NCBI GenBank assembly: GCA_026770705.1
Contig: JANJGN010000385.1
Coordinates: 186,001-250,000 of the forward strand
Origin: Isurus oxyrinchus
Lineage: Eukaryota
DNA length: 64,000 nt
Reading direction: 5' to 3'
The notes below the pieces were generated by a model. The model ran no database searches. It worked only from the letters and a program-made list of their open reading frames with translations, and was not told the DNA's origin. How positions within the stretch are numbered: the stretch's first letter is position 1; each line of letters starts with the position of its first letter. Below are positions 23,030-35,019 of this stretch, piece after piece. The translations under genes and the position numbers were made by a program.

Positions 23030-24990
23030 GAGCCAATCAATCGGGCTGCTTTGTCCTGGATGGTGTCAAGCTTCTTGAGTGTTGTTGGAGCTGCACTCAT
23101 CCAGGCATGTGGAGAGTATTCCATCACACTCCTGACTTGTGCGTTGTAGATGGTGGACAGGATTTGGGGAGTCAGGAGGTGAGTTACTGTCTGCAGGGTT
23201 CCCAGCCTCTGACCTGCTCTTGCAGCCACAGTGTTTATATGGCTGGTCCAGTTCAGTTTCTGCTCAATGGTAACTCCCAGGATGTTGATATTGGGGGATT
23301 CAGTGATGGTAATGCCATTGAATGCCAAGGGGCGATGGTTATGAATGGTCTGTGGGATATTCTGGTACAAAATGTCAACACTCGGACTCCAGATGCAATA
23401 TTCAAGTGGTTTCTTTATTAGGCATGTGGGGAGCAAACGCTGGGCAGTCCAGGCGCTTCTCCACCGAGGTTCAAATGAGCACAGTTTATATATTTTTTAC
23501 TCTCAGTTACAAGGTAATGGTATTAGTTAGACAAAGGCCACAGCACAATGACCCTCCGGTGGGCTGATAATTGTGTTCTTGTACAGTAATTACAGGGCAG
23601 AGACTGGCTATTGTCCTTTTGAGACAGCAAAGAATCTATGTTTGTTCGATACAAAAGGTTTCCGGAGGCTGACTGGATGTGGTTCAAGGCCATCGGACGG
23701 TGTGAAATAACCTTCCCCAATTCTTGATTGAGTCACCCTGTGTCCTTGTGTGTGTGTCTCCCATTTCCTCATTGCAAATTTCCAGCTGAGCCCTTTGTAC
23801 AGGTTTTTAGCTTTCACGTAAGGATGTGATTGTCTGTGTACGCTTTGTCACCCTAGCTGCTGGTCCTGGCTGGCTCTTTAAAATAAATCCAAATTTTCTG
23901 CGCCTTCAGTTAGATTCTCTCTTGTTGGAGCTGGTCATTGCCTGGCACTTGTGTGGCATGAATGTTACTTGTCACCTGTCAGCCCAAGCCTGGATGTTGT
24001 CCAGGTCTTGCTGCATTTGGACATAACTTGCTTCAGTATCTGAGGAGCCATGAATGATGCTGAACATTGTGCAAACATCAGCAAACATCCCCACTTCTGA
24101 CCTTATGATGGAAGGAAGGTCATTGATGAAGCAGTTGAAGATGTTTGAGCCTAGGACACTACCCTGAGTAACTCCTGCAGTGATGTCCTGGAACTGAGAT
24201 GATTGACCCCCAATAATCACAACCATCGTCCTTTGTGCTGGGTATGACTCCAAGCAGCGGAGAGTTTTCCCCCGATTCCCATTGACTCCAGTTTTGCTCG
24301 GGCTCCTTGTTTTGCCACACTCAGTCAAATGCTGCCTTGATGTCAAGGACAGTCACTCTCACCTCACCTCTGGAGTTCAGCTCATTTGTGCATGTTTGAA
24401 CCAAGGCTGTAATGAGGCCAGGAGCTGAATGATCCTGGTGGAACACAAACTGAGCGTCAGTGAGCAGGTTCTTGCTAAGCAGGTGCTGCTTGCAAGCGCT
24501 GTTGATGACCCCTTCCATCACTTTAGTAATGATCAAGAATAGACTGCTGGGGAATTGGCTGGGTTGGATTTGTCCTGCTTTTTGTGTACAGGACGTACCC
24601 CATAGCCGGGTAGTTGCCAGTGTTGCAGCTGTACTAGAAAATTCCAGAAAAGCTTGGCTAGGGGCGCAGCAAGTTCTGGAACACAAGTCTTCAGTACTAT
24701 TGCCAGAATATTGTCAGGGCCTGGAGCCTTTGCAATATCCAGTGCCTTCAGCCCTTCCTTGATATCACGTGGAATTAATCGAATTGGCTAAAGATTGGCA
24801 TCTCTGATGCTGGGGACCTCAGGAGGAGGCCGAGATGGATCACCCACTCAGCACTTCTGGCTGAAGATCGTTGCGCATGCTTCAGTCTTGTCTTTTGAAC
24901 TGGCGTGCTGGGCTCCTCCATCATTGAGGATGGGGATATTTGTGGAGCCTCCTCCTCCAGTGAGTTGTTTAATTGTCCACGACTGGATGT
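23030..24990 (-). mobile_element. CR1/L2-type LINE ORF2 fragment, interrupted by a solo LTR
   Basis: DIKAAFD, QGSVLG, GMFAD and RSVMEYSPHAW motifs in broken frames. Confidence 0.88.
23342..23908 (-). mobile_element. Solo LTR, 567 bp
   Basis: TGAA...TTCA termini with a perfect 4-bp TSD GTTA (23338-23341 / 23909-23912) splitting a LINE. Minus-strand TATA at ~23490 and AATAAA at 23414-23419. Confidence 0.85.
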
Positions 24991-26629
24991 GACATCTGGA
25001 ATGCGAAGCTAGTCTCAGTAATGGTGACCATGAAACTAAGGCCAATTGTTACAAAAACCCATCTGGGTCACTAATGCCCTTTGGGGAAGGAAACCTGCCG
25101 TCCTTACCCATTCTGGCCTACGTGTGACTCCTGACCCACAGCAATGTGGTTGACTCTTAACTGGCCCCTGAAATGGCCGAGCAAGCTACTGAGTTATATC
25201 AAAACCCGCCACAGACCAGTCAAACCAGGTGAACTGCAGCACTTCGAAAAGGCAGCTCAGCACCCCCTTCTCCAGGGCTCAGTCAGGAACAGGTAACAAA
25301 CGCTGTCCACATCCCGTGAAAGAATTTTGGTAAAAAGGTAGCCGTGTATCACCACCCACGGCCAGCGCCAACCCCCCCACCCCTACCTGATTGCACCAGT
25401 TTCAGATTACACCAGGTCAATGAACGGATAGAAACTCAAACCAATGAGATGAGCACAGAGCAGGATCAAGCCAGAGAGAGTTGGTGGGAAGAATTGGGAA
25501 AGCAACAAAAAAGGCAGAGCGGACACTAACACTATAACAAAGTAAAGACCAGAGGAGGAAGGAAGCAAGTGTGAAGAGGAATTGAGAGCAGAGCTGGTAG
25601 GCTGCTTGTCGAAGCCAAGGAACCTCCATAGGGCACATCCACAGTGCTGTTGGGGAGGGTGATACATGATTTTGACCCAGGATCATCAAGTGTTACACTG
25701 GCAGAGCCTTTAAAGTAAAGGAACCTTTACTACCCGTGCACCCCCCCGCCCTACAAAGCTGTTGACCTGCTGAGTCCACATGTACAGGCAACCTCCAGAC
25801 AGTTGGCTACAGAGGCCATTGCAGCTGCTGAATATGACTTCCAGTTTCAAACCCTTCATGAATGCAAGGATGGAGAATTCAGCAGGAATATTCCTGCACA
25901 TCCTGTGGCAGATCCTGTAAATAAAAGGGACCTTCACTCACTCCCCAAAGCTGCTGACCTGCTGATTCACATCTACAGGCAACCTCCAAATAGTCAACTA
26001 GAGAAGACAACGCAGCTGCTGAATGTGACTCCTAGTTTTAAACCCTTCACTCTGGAAAGAAGGAATCCAGTGCAATGGCCTCAGTATGATTCTTCACAGA
26101 AACTGATTTTAAATCTCATCTCTAAGTATTATTTTTCCTTTGCTTACATTTTAATCCCTGCACCTGATGGCTTTATCGCTTCAACTTAAATAACTTTCAG
26201 CAGGAGCCAGGTTCAAATTGAATGGACAAGCTGGCTTGGGAGGCCAAAAGGCCTACTCCTGCTTCTGTTTATTTATGTTGGTGTTGTTATGTAGTGGAAC
26301 TAGAGAGGTTATAGCAGTTATGAGAACATTAAGCAAACAGCAGCAAGAATTGAACACCTACGTTGTGGTTTATGAAAAGGTTTTCAACCTGGTCAACTGG
26401 TAAAATCTGTTGAAAGTGGGCTATCATGGCGTGTGCCCTTTGGGAGATATTTGTAACAACGTTCTCGATGTCGGAACAGCTTGCATTGAACAAAGCTGAT
26501 CTTTACCCAGAACTTCAGAGGAAGGGGGGACAATTGTTCCCTGGTGTGGGGGGCATGGTGGGGGGGAGGGTGAGGGAGAGACAAGTAGCCTGAAATACCA
26601 AGCCAGACACTTTGTGAAGACACAAGTTG

Positions 26630-26635
26630 TTTATT
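26630..26635 (-). terminator. Candidate polyadenylation signal of hepcidin copy 1
   Basis: First canonical AATAAA I found on the - strand downstream of the stop codon (~840 nt away). Confidence 0.35.
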
Positions 26636-27470
26636 CATTTTTTTTCACAAATCATAATCTTTACAATTAAAGTCCCGACAAGATGATGGTGAATCATGAA
26701 CACATTGTCGGGGTGAATCTGTGCCCGGGAGCATAAAGCAGCAAAATCAGGAGCCCGCTTTACATCTCTCTGAATTTTAACTATCATTAACCCCAGTAAC
26801 ATCCATTCAAATGACTTAGTCATAAGATTCCTCACACATTCACTTGCACACTCACACACCCACACCCACACAGACACACTGACACACTCACTCATTCACA
26901 TTGACACACACTGACACAGTCACACACACCCACACAGACACACTGACACACTCACTCATTCACATTGACACACACTGACACAGTCACACACACACACACA
27001 CACACACGCTGACACAATCACACACATTCACATTGACACGCACTGACAGTCACACATACACACACACACGCTGACACAATCACACACATTCACATTGACA
27101 CACACATATTGACAGTCACACACACACACACACACACACGCTCATAAAGACAGACACAAACACAGTCACGTGAGGTGAATAGTGTCGATGTATTTAAGGG
27201 GAAGCTGGATAAACACATGAGGGAGAAATGAATAGAAGGATATGGTGATGGGGTGAGATGGAGAAGGGGTGGGCGGAGACTCGTGTGGAGCAGAAACTCC
27301 AGCATGGAACAGATGGGCCGAATGGCTCCTTTCCCTGCTGTAGAACGCAGGTAAAGTTTCAGTTGGAATTAATGAACAGGGCCTGTGTGAAATAGATTGC
27401 TAAGCAGTAGATAAGGAGGGGAGAGGCTGTGGCATGGTGCAGGATGACCTTGCGTGAATGAGGCCAGGGT

Positions 27471-27587
27471 CTAATATCTACAGCAGAGACCACAAGTCTC
27501 ATTTGGTTCTCTCCAATTACAGCAGTTACAGCAGAATATGCAGAGCTGCTGTCTGTCCATTCTCTTCTGGCGCTGCAGCAAGGAGCC
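27471..27587 (-). CDS. hamp: Hepcidin copy 1, exon 3 (furin site + mature peptide)
   Basis: cttttccag|, phase 0: GSLLQRQKR/MDRQQLCIFCCNCCNWREPNETCGLCCRY*. RxKR site and the 8-Cys pattern C-xx-CC-x-CC-(x8)-C-xx-CC. Confidence 0.93.
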   Translation of the reverse strand, partial: GSLLQRQKRMDRQQLCIFCCNCCNWREPNETCGLCCRY

Positions 27588-28559
27588 CTGGAAAAGCAGG
27601 AAGACAATAGGTGAGAACATTCCGGAAAGAAAGAAGGCATCATTTCAATCAGGCGCGTCATTGGAAGGAGGATGGCGCATTTCTATAGCGCCTTTCCCCT
27701 CCTCAGGATGGCCCAAAGTGTTCCACAGCTGAAGGAAGGACTTTTTCTGAAGTGAGCTCACCGCTGTAATGTAGGAAACGCAGCAGGCAATTCACGCACA
27801 GCAAGATCCCACAAACAGAAATGTGATAATGGCCCCGATTTTCAGTTTTTTACCAATGTCAGTTGAGGGATAAATGTTTGCCCCAGGAAAGCAGACATAA
27901 CTGCATCCCATCCACCCCCCACCACCCCCTCCACACATACCCCCAACTCCTGACGCACTTCATTTAAATTGTGGCCATGGAATCCTCTACATCCATCTGA
28001 GAGGGCAGATGTTGTCTCAGTTTAACATCTCATCTGAAAGACAGCGCATTCAACAGTGCAGCACCCCCTCAGTACTGACCCTCCGACTGTGCAGCACTCC
28101 CTCAGTACTGACCGTCTGACAATGCAGCACCCCCTCAGTACTGACCCTCCGACTGTGCAGTCCCCCGCCGGTACTGACCCTCTGATAATGCAGCACTCCA
28201 AGACTGACTGTCTGACAATGCAGCACCCCCTCAGTACTGACCCTCCGACTCTCCTGCCCCCCCGCTGGTACTGACCCTCCGACAGCTCGGTAATTTCTCA
28301 ATTATGCCTGGTGGTCCTTTTAACTCAGAGCTGAGAGTTGCAGAGAATCGAGCAGACATCCTGAACTGACACTTGCAGTGCAAGTACTGGGAGCGCGCTG
28401 GTCATTATCATGCTGCTGTCTGTGGGATCTTACTGTGCGCCAATGGCTGATTCTTTTCCCACAGTACATCAGTGACCTCACATGAAAGAAAAAAAGCACT
28501 TGATTGTCTGCGAAACAGTTTGGGACGTCCTGATGTGTTGGAAGGCGCTAGAGAAATGC

Positions 28560-28710
28560 AAGAGTTGACGTTTCGAGTCCTCATGACCCTTCTGAGGACT
28601 CGAAACGTCAACTCTTTTCTTCTCCGCCGATGCTGCCAGACCTGCTGAGTTTTTTCAGGTAATTCTGTTTTTGTTTTGGCTTTCCAGCATCTGCAGTTTT
28701 CTTTGTTTTT
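28560..28710. mobile_element. Penelope-like short repeat with inverted 5' piece (24-bp perfect hairpin)
   Basis: 28560-28583 is the exact reverse complement of 28593-28616. The family body gatgctgccagacctgctgag follows. Confidence 0.7.
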
Positions 28711-29983
28711 ATAGAGAAATGCAAGTCCTCTTTGTCTTTCACTCGATCCTCTAAGGTGTCTGTTGATTAACCAGCCTCTCGGTGTTTGATGTAGGCCTGG
28801 TTATAAACAGGTAGAAGGATCAAATATCAAAAATGCTTTGGCTGACAGTCAAACCGATTGTGCATTCGGAGAGATTAGATACGGTCTGCACACAATGACT
28901 CCAGTCTCTGGCACTGACTGCCGCCTGGGGTCTCCCTTCCACATAACACTCACAACTTGCAATTACACAGCGCCTCTGACATTGCAAAATGTCCCAGCCC
29001 ACATTACCGGAGCGTAAATCAGAGAGAAGTCTAACACTGAGTCACATATGGAGATATTAGGGATAGGTGACCAAAAGCTTGGTCAAAGATGTCAGTTTTT
29101 AAGGAGCGTCTTAAAGGAGAGAGAGAGAGAGAGGCAGAGAGGTTAAGGGAGGGTATTCCGGAGCTCAGGGCCCCAGGCAGCTGAAGGCACGGCCACCAAT
29201 GGTGGAGCGATGGGAATCAGGGGGACCCGGGAGATGCAGTAATGTCAGAGATTTTGGAGGAACATCGGGACCGGAGGAGGTGTTCTCCTGCTCCATATCT
29301 CTCTCTCTCTTCCTCTCTTCCACTCCTCCTCTCCCTGTCTCTCTCTCTCCTACTCTTCCGCTCAATTGCCCTCTCTCCCAATCTTTCTCTCCTCTCTCCC
29401 TTTTCCTGTCTCTCTCCCTCTCTCTCCCCTGTCTCCTTCTCCCACTCTGTATCTCTCCCTCTCTCTCACACTATTTTTGTAACTTTCGCTCACTCTGTAA
29501 CTCTCCCTTTCCTGTTAATTTCTCTCTCTTGGACAATCACTCTTCCCTTTTCACTTTCCCTCACTCTGCATCTCTTTAATTTCTCCCTCTGTCACTCTCT
29601 CCCACCTATTTTCTTTCCCTTTCACCCCTCCCCGTCCCACTCTCTGTCTCTCTCTTCCAATCCCTCCCTCCCCCATTCCATCCCTCTCTCCGACTCTCGA
29701 CTCCCAGCCTCTCTTTAACCCACTCCCAGGCTGGATCAGTCTCCCTCTCACTATTCCCGGCGTGGGTTACATTTAAAATTCCTGTGGGGATATGTTCACT
29801 TCCTTGGAATTGCCTCTTCCCAGCTTTGCAAAAAAAGTGGGGGCGGGGGGGGTTCGATTTCAAACATGCCTCCTGAGTATAACCGAGACAGACTGCCACT
29901 GAAATCAGCTTGAAATCAGAAAACTTTCTGTGGAAGAAACGAGCAGGGAGAAACCTTAAAATAAGGAATGAATTTCCACCTAC

Positions 29984-30040
29984 CGTGTCCGGGGAATCCA
30001 CAGATTTCTCAATCGTCGAAGAACCTAAAGCAGTGTCAAC
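29984..30040 (-). CDS. hamp: Hepcidin copy 1, exon 2 (propeptide VDTALGSSTIEKSVDSPDT)
   Basis: ttctttttgcag| ... ACG|gtaggt, 57 nt, open only in phase 0. Size and phase fit HAMP exon 2. Confidence 0.85.
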
Positions 30041-30804
30041 CTGCAAAAAGAAAGAATTTATCAGGGAGAAAGTGAGAGGAGGATTGAGGGAGAGGGAGAG
30101 AGAGAGAGAGAGGTACAGGAGAGAGAGGGGGAGGAGGACAGACTTGCATTTCTCTAACGCCTTTCACCACATCCCAAAGCATTTCACAGCCACTGAAGGA
30201 TGTTTTTGAAGTGCACTCACACTGTAGGAAATGTGGCAGCTGATTTGTGCACAGCAAGATCCCACAAATAGCAATGTGATCATGGCCTAGATCATCTGTT
30301 TTTGGTGATGTTGGGTGAGGGATAAATATTGGTCCCAGGACACCGGGGAGAACACCCCCTGCTCTTCCTCCAAATAGTGGCTGTGGGATCTTTCACACCC
30401 GCCCGAGAGGGCAGACGGGGGACTCAGTTTAATGTCTCATTCAACATTGTTGTGCTCCCTCAGTACTAACCCTTTGACACTGCAGCACTCCCTCAGTACT
30501 AACCCTTCGATAGTGCTGCACTCCCACAGTATTGTCCCTCCGTCAGTGCAGCGCTACCTCAGTACTGACCCTCCGACAGTGCAACACTTCCACAGTACTG
30601 ACCCTGTAACAATGCAGCACTTCCTCAGTACTGACCTCCGACAGTATAGCACTCACTCAGTACTGTCCCTCCAATAGTGCAACACTTCCACACTACTGAC
30701 CCTCTGACAGTCCAGCACTCCCTCAGCACGGAGTGTTGACCGATGTTATGGGACTGAATTCCCTGGAGTGAGACTCAGACCAGAGATTTAGGTAGGGTTG
30801 TTCC

Positions 30805-31645
30805 GGCTGGAGGAGGTTACAGAGATAGGGAGGGTTGTAGAGGCTGTAGGAGGTAACAGAGATAGGGAGGGTTCTAGAGGCTGTAGGAGGTGACAGAGAT
30901 AGGGAAGGTTGTAGGGGCTGTAGGAGGTTACAGAGATAGGGAGGTGAGTAGGGGCTGTAGGAGGTTAAAGAGATGGGGGGGTTGTGGGGGCTGGAGGAGG
31001 TTACAGAGGTAGGGAGGGTTGTAGAGGCTGGAGGAGGTTACCAAAATAGATACTGTTGTAGGGGCCACAGTAGGTTACAGAGATAGGGAGAGTTATAGTG
31101 TGGAGAGGACGTTATAGAGTTCATGAGCATTGTAGGGGCTGGAGGAGGTTACAGTGATTCTGAGGGTCGTGGGGCCTGGAGGAGGTTACAGAGATAGGAA
31201 GGGTTGTAGGGCCTGGAGGAGGTTACAGAGATAGGGAGGGTTGTAGGGTCTGGAGCAGGTTACAGAGATAGGGAGGGTTGTAGGGTCTAGAGGAGGTTAC
31301 AGTGATCATGAGGGTTGTGGGGCCTGGGGGAGGTTACAGAGATAGGTAGGGTTGTAGGGGCTGGAGGAGGTTACAGAGATAGGGAGGTTTATAGGGGCTG
31401 GAGGAGGTTACAGAGATAGGGAGGGTTGTAGGGGCTGGAGGAGGTTACGGAGATAGGGACAGTTGTAGGGGCTGGAGGAAGTTACAGAGATAGGGATTGG
31501 TGTAGGGGCTGGAGGAGGTTACAGATATAGGGAGGGTTGTAGCGGCTGGAGGAGGTTACAGAGATAGGGAGGGGTGTAGGGGCTGGAGGAGGTTACAGAG
31601 ATAGGGAGGGTTGTAAGGCCTGGTGGAGGTTACAGAGATAGGGAG
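30805..31645. repeat. 37-bp VNTR (ggaggaggttacagagatagggagggttgtaggggct) in hepcidin intron 1, ~23 copies
   Basis: Period 37 (for example 31141, 31178). Confidence 0.93.
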
Positions 31646-31846
31646 TGGCTGAGGAGGGATTGAAAACAAGAATGAGAATTTCAGGGGAAACGACAGAAGG
31701 AAATGATGTTAAATTCATAGAGGGCGACAATATTAAAGGCACGAACATAATAATATCAAACTGCGGAAGTGACCAGTCTATCTGGGTGGTAGACGTAGAC
31801 TCATGTGCAAGAAACACCTCACCCAGAGGGACATCTCTTAGCTTAC

Positions 31847-31924
31847 CCTCGACAAGGAGAAGAAGTGACTCAGCTGCAGGGAGAGCAGCAAAGTCAGAGT
31901 GAACAAGACAAGTCGCCATTTCAT
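31847..31924 (-). CDS. hamp: Hepcidin copy 1, exon 1 (signal peptide MKWRLVLFTLTLLLSLQLSHFFSLSR)
   Basis: ATG ~85 nt below the TATA box, basic n-region and hydrophobic h-region, AGG|gtaagc in phase 0. Confidence 0.88.
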
Positions 31925-32008
31925 CTGGGAGCTTCCCATCTCTGCCTGTCTCTTCTGATCTTCTGGCTCTGCTTTGATGCTTTGGTTTGTAACTAGAGGA
32001 GCTTCCTG

Positions 32009-32225
32009 CTCTTATACCTGAAACACTTGAAGGGGACAGCCGCGGGTGGGTAGCTGTGTGGTATCACACCCATTTCTGGATATTGCAGTGTCGATGTTCC
32101 CTGTCCCACTGGCCTGGGACCAGCAGTAAGGTCACTGGGACATTGACTGTCTGGCGCCGAGAACTATCAGTCCCTCCGCAACGCCCTTCACCTTGTGCAA
32201 ATATGTGTTCATATTGACGCAACAC
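32009..32225 (-). promoter_or_regulatory. Hepcidin copy 1 proximal promoter
   Basis: TATAAGAG at 32009-32016. GGCGCC at 32153-32158 abutting AGAC/GTCT. C/EBP-like TTGCACAA and TTGCGTCAA upstream. Confidence 0.75.
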
Positions 32226-32599
32226 AACATAGCAAAAACAGAGGGGCTGGTTCTTATGTCGGCAAATCAGGTGAACCGCATGCCCCCTAACCCATTACTC
32301 CTCTCATTGCTACACTTACTATTTTACAAATTGTGTGCGTTGCTTTTATTTTGGACAAGGGGCCTTGAGGGGGAACTGATTTACGCTGAGGTTTAAGGGT
32401 TAACAGCCATGTCATGTGTTGATCGGTCAGTGTTTACCATGTGGAGACTGTCTGTCACCAGCTTTGTTCATGGTTTATCCAGGAACATTGAAGGGCATGA
32501 ACGTTCTTGCTTTGTATGGAACAAGTTACCAACTGGGTTCAGTCATCGACTCAGACTCACATCAACATAAACTGGCTTCTGACAGGTAAGTTTCTATTA

Positions 32600-33215
32600 C
32601 ATGAGGGTAGGAGGAGGCCATTTGGCCCCTCGAGCCTGCTCCACCATTCAATGAGATCATGGCTGATCTGCAAACTAGCCCCATATGGCTTTGTCCCATC
32701 TCCTTTAATACCTTTGGATAACAAAAATCTATCAGTCTCACAGGTTTAAAATGAACAACTTGATCGTGCATCAGTTCCTGTTTGGGGAAGACCGTTCCAA
32801 ATTTCTCCCACACTTTGTGCTTCCTAATTTAATTCCTTTTTAGGCTCTGACCCCGAGTCCCAGACTCCCCCCAACCAGGGGAAATGGTTTCTCTTTATCG
32901 CCCCTGATCTGTTCCCCTTAATATCATGCGAGCTTTCATCAAATCTCCTGCTTAACATTCTAACTTCCAGGGAATACAAGCCGAGTTTGTGTTTAATCTC
33001 TCCTTGTGATTTAACCCTTGGTGTCCTGGTCTCATTCTGGTAAATCGACACTGCTCTCCCTCCGAGGTCAATATATCCTTCCTAAGGTGTGGAGCCCAGA
33101 ATGTCTCACAGTGACTCCAGGTGTGGTCTAGCCAGGGCTTTATGTAGACTGAAGCATGACCTCTGCCCCCTTATATTCTAATCCGTGAGATAGAAAGGGC
33201 AGAGTTCCAGAATTG
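32600..33215 (-). mobile_element. CR1-type LINE 3' fragment (mirrored at ~59780-60395)
   Basis: KLGLYSLEVRMLSRR and GLEYKGAEVMLQ remnants. Confidence 0.75.
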
Positions 33216-35019
33216 TTGTGTTTATTCGACAACAGAATAACAGAGGAAGGTTTCCTCTCTGCCCTCTTCAGCCCCACTGGGAAGGTCAGGATGAGAAGGT
33301 TGGGCTGGGTCCCCTGTACTGGACACTCGCTGAATCTTCCAATGATAGTTCTGGGCTGGATTTCAAAACGCATAGACAAGGATTCAGTGTTCCATCACAT
33401 TCTGCCTTTGTCTCTTTTCCTCTCGTTCTCTTTCTCTACCATCCTGTCTCTCTATCTATCTATCTTTCTCCTCATTCTCTCCTGCTTCATCTCTATCACT
33501 TTCTTTCTACTTCTTTGTGTGTCTCTGTCTGTCTCTCTCTCTCTCACTCTTTCTTTCCTTGTCCTTATCTCTTTCAGTGTCTCCCTCTTTCTCTCTCTCT
33601 CTCTCTCTCTAAATGTGACCCTCTCTAACAGTTTGGCCCAGTACTCTTATTTCCCTGTTTTACTGGTGTTCCATTTGAAGGTGTACAAGACCAGATCAGA
33701 CCAGAATGTTTATTTTCCAGTGTTTACTTTGTTTTTTTCATTCTGGGTGTCTCTCGACTCTGTCTGTCCCTCTCTGTCCTTTTATTTCATTCTTTCATGT
33801 GATGTGGACATCACTGCCTAGGCCAGCATTTATTGCCCAACCCTAATTGCCCTTGTTCAGAGGCCACTTTTTAAAAGTCAACCACATTGCTGTGGGTCTG
33901 GAGTCACATGTAGGCCAGACCAGGTAAGGACAGCAGATTTCCCTCCCTAAAGGTCATTTGTGACCCAAATACAAGAATCAGCAATGGTTTCCTGGTCATC
34001 ATCGGACTTTTAATTCCAGGTTTTTATTGAATTGAAATTCCACCAACTGCTGTGGTGAGATTCTAACCAGGGTCCCAGGACCATTACACTGGGTCTCTGG
34101 ATTACTGGTCCAGTGAAAATACCATCAGGCCAACACCTCCCCACTCTTCCCTTCCTCCATCTTTCACACTTGTTCTCTCTCTCTCTCACTCTCCTTCTCT
34201 CTTCTCCCTCTCTCAGTCTCTGTCTGTCTCTCAATCTCTCTATCGCTCTCTATCTTCTGGAGGCTCTCTCTCTGACTGTCTCCCTACCTATATCTGTAAC
34301 CTCCTCTCTCTCTCCCTTTCCTCCAGCCCCTACAACCCTCCCTAAGGCAGCCTCCACCTGCCTCTACAATCCTCCCCATCTCTGTAACCACCTTCAACCC
34401 CTACACCCCTCCCTATATCTGTAACCACCTCCAACCCCCACAATCCTCCCCATCTCTGTAACCACCTTCAACCCCTACACCCCTCCCTATACCTGTAACC
34501 TCCTCCAGCCCCTGTAACCCTCCCTATCTCTTGAAGGGTTCTCAAAATTCCCACATTTTCCATATCATCAACAAGGATATTACTTTTGCACCTTTAAACT
34601 GCTGAGTTAAGTGGAAAACCCTGCAGACAGGAGGCTGGGCCCATGAAGGCCTGGGGCTGCACATGTCCGGGCTTATTGAGAGCAGTGTGGAATGTTTGGC
34701 CTGAAACCAGACAACGAGAGGAGACAGAATACGCATTCTTCCCTTTAATACAATCAACCCAGAGAAAGACTTCACTTCACACGCAACTGAAGCCCATCTA
34801 AATCTTGCATCAATAATCGCTCCTAACTTCTGAGGCCGGCAATTTAATTATGCGAACCCATCAATACTCCACACATACAATGGCTTTCAGTTCAAAACTA
34901 GTTACTGGGCAGGAAGACAATGATAAACATCATGCGAGCCCATTAACAACAACGAGACATCAATCACCTGGGGAAGCCCACCAAAGACAAACAAAGAACG
35001 AACCTTGATTTGATTAGAA

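Noticed and set aside
27359-27732. ORF-track proteins overlapping hepcidin exon 3
   Set aside because: Wrong frame or strand. The Cys-rich frame with an acceptor and furin site is the coherent one.
32483-32585. Exon-like segment (tatccag|...|gtaagt) divergent from the hepcidin promoter, mirrored at ~60415-60520
   Set aside because: No partner exons or recognisable product. It could be chance or a non-coding exon, but it is unsupported.
33213-33821. Hydrophobic 200-aa ORF resembling a membrane protein (mirrored at 59179-59769)
   Set aside because: Produced by CT-rich low-complexity sequence.
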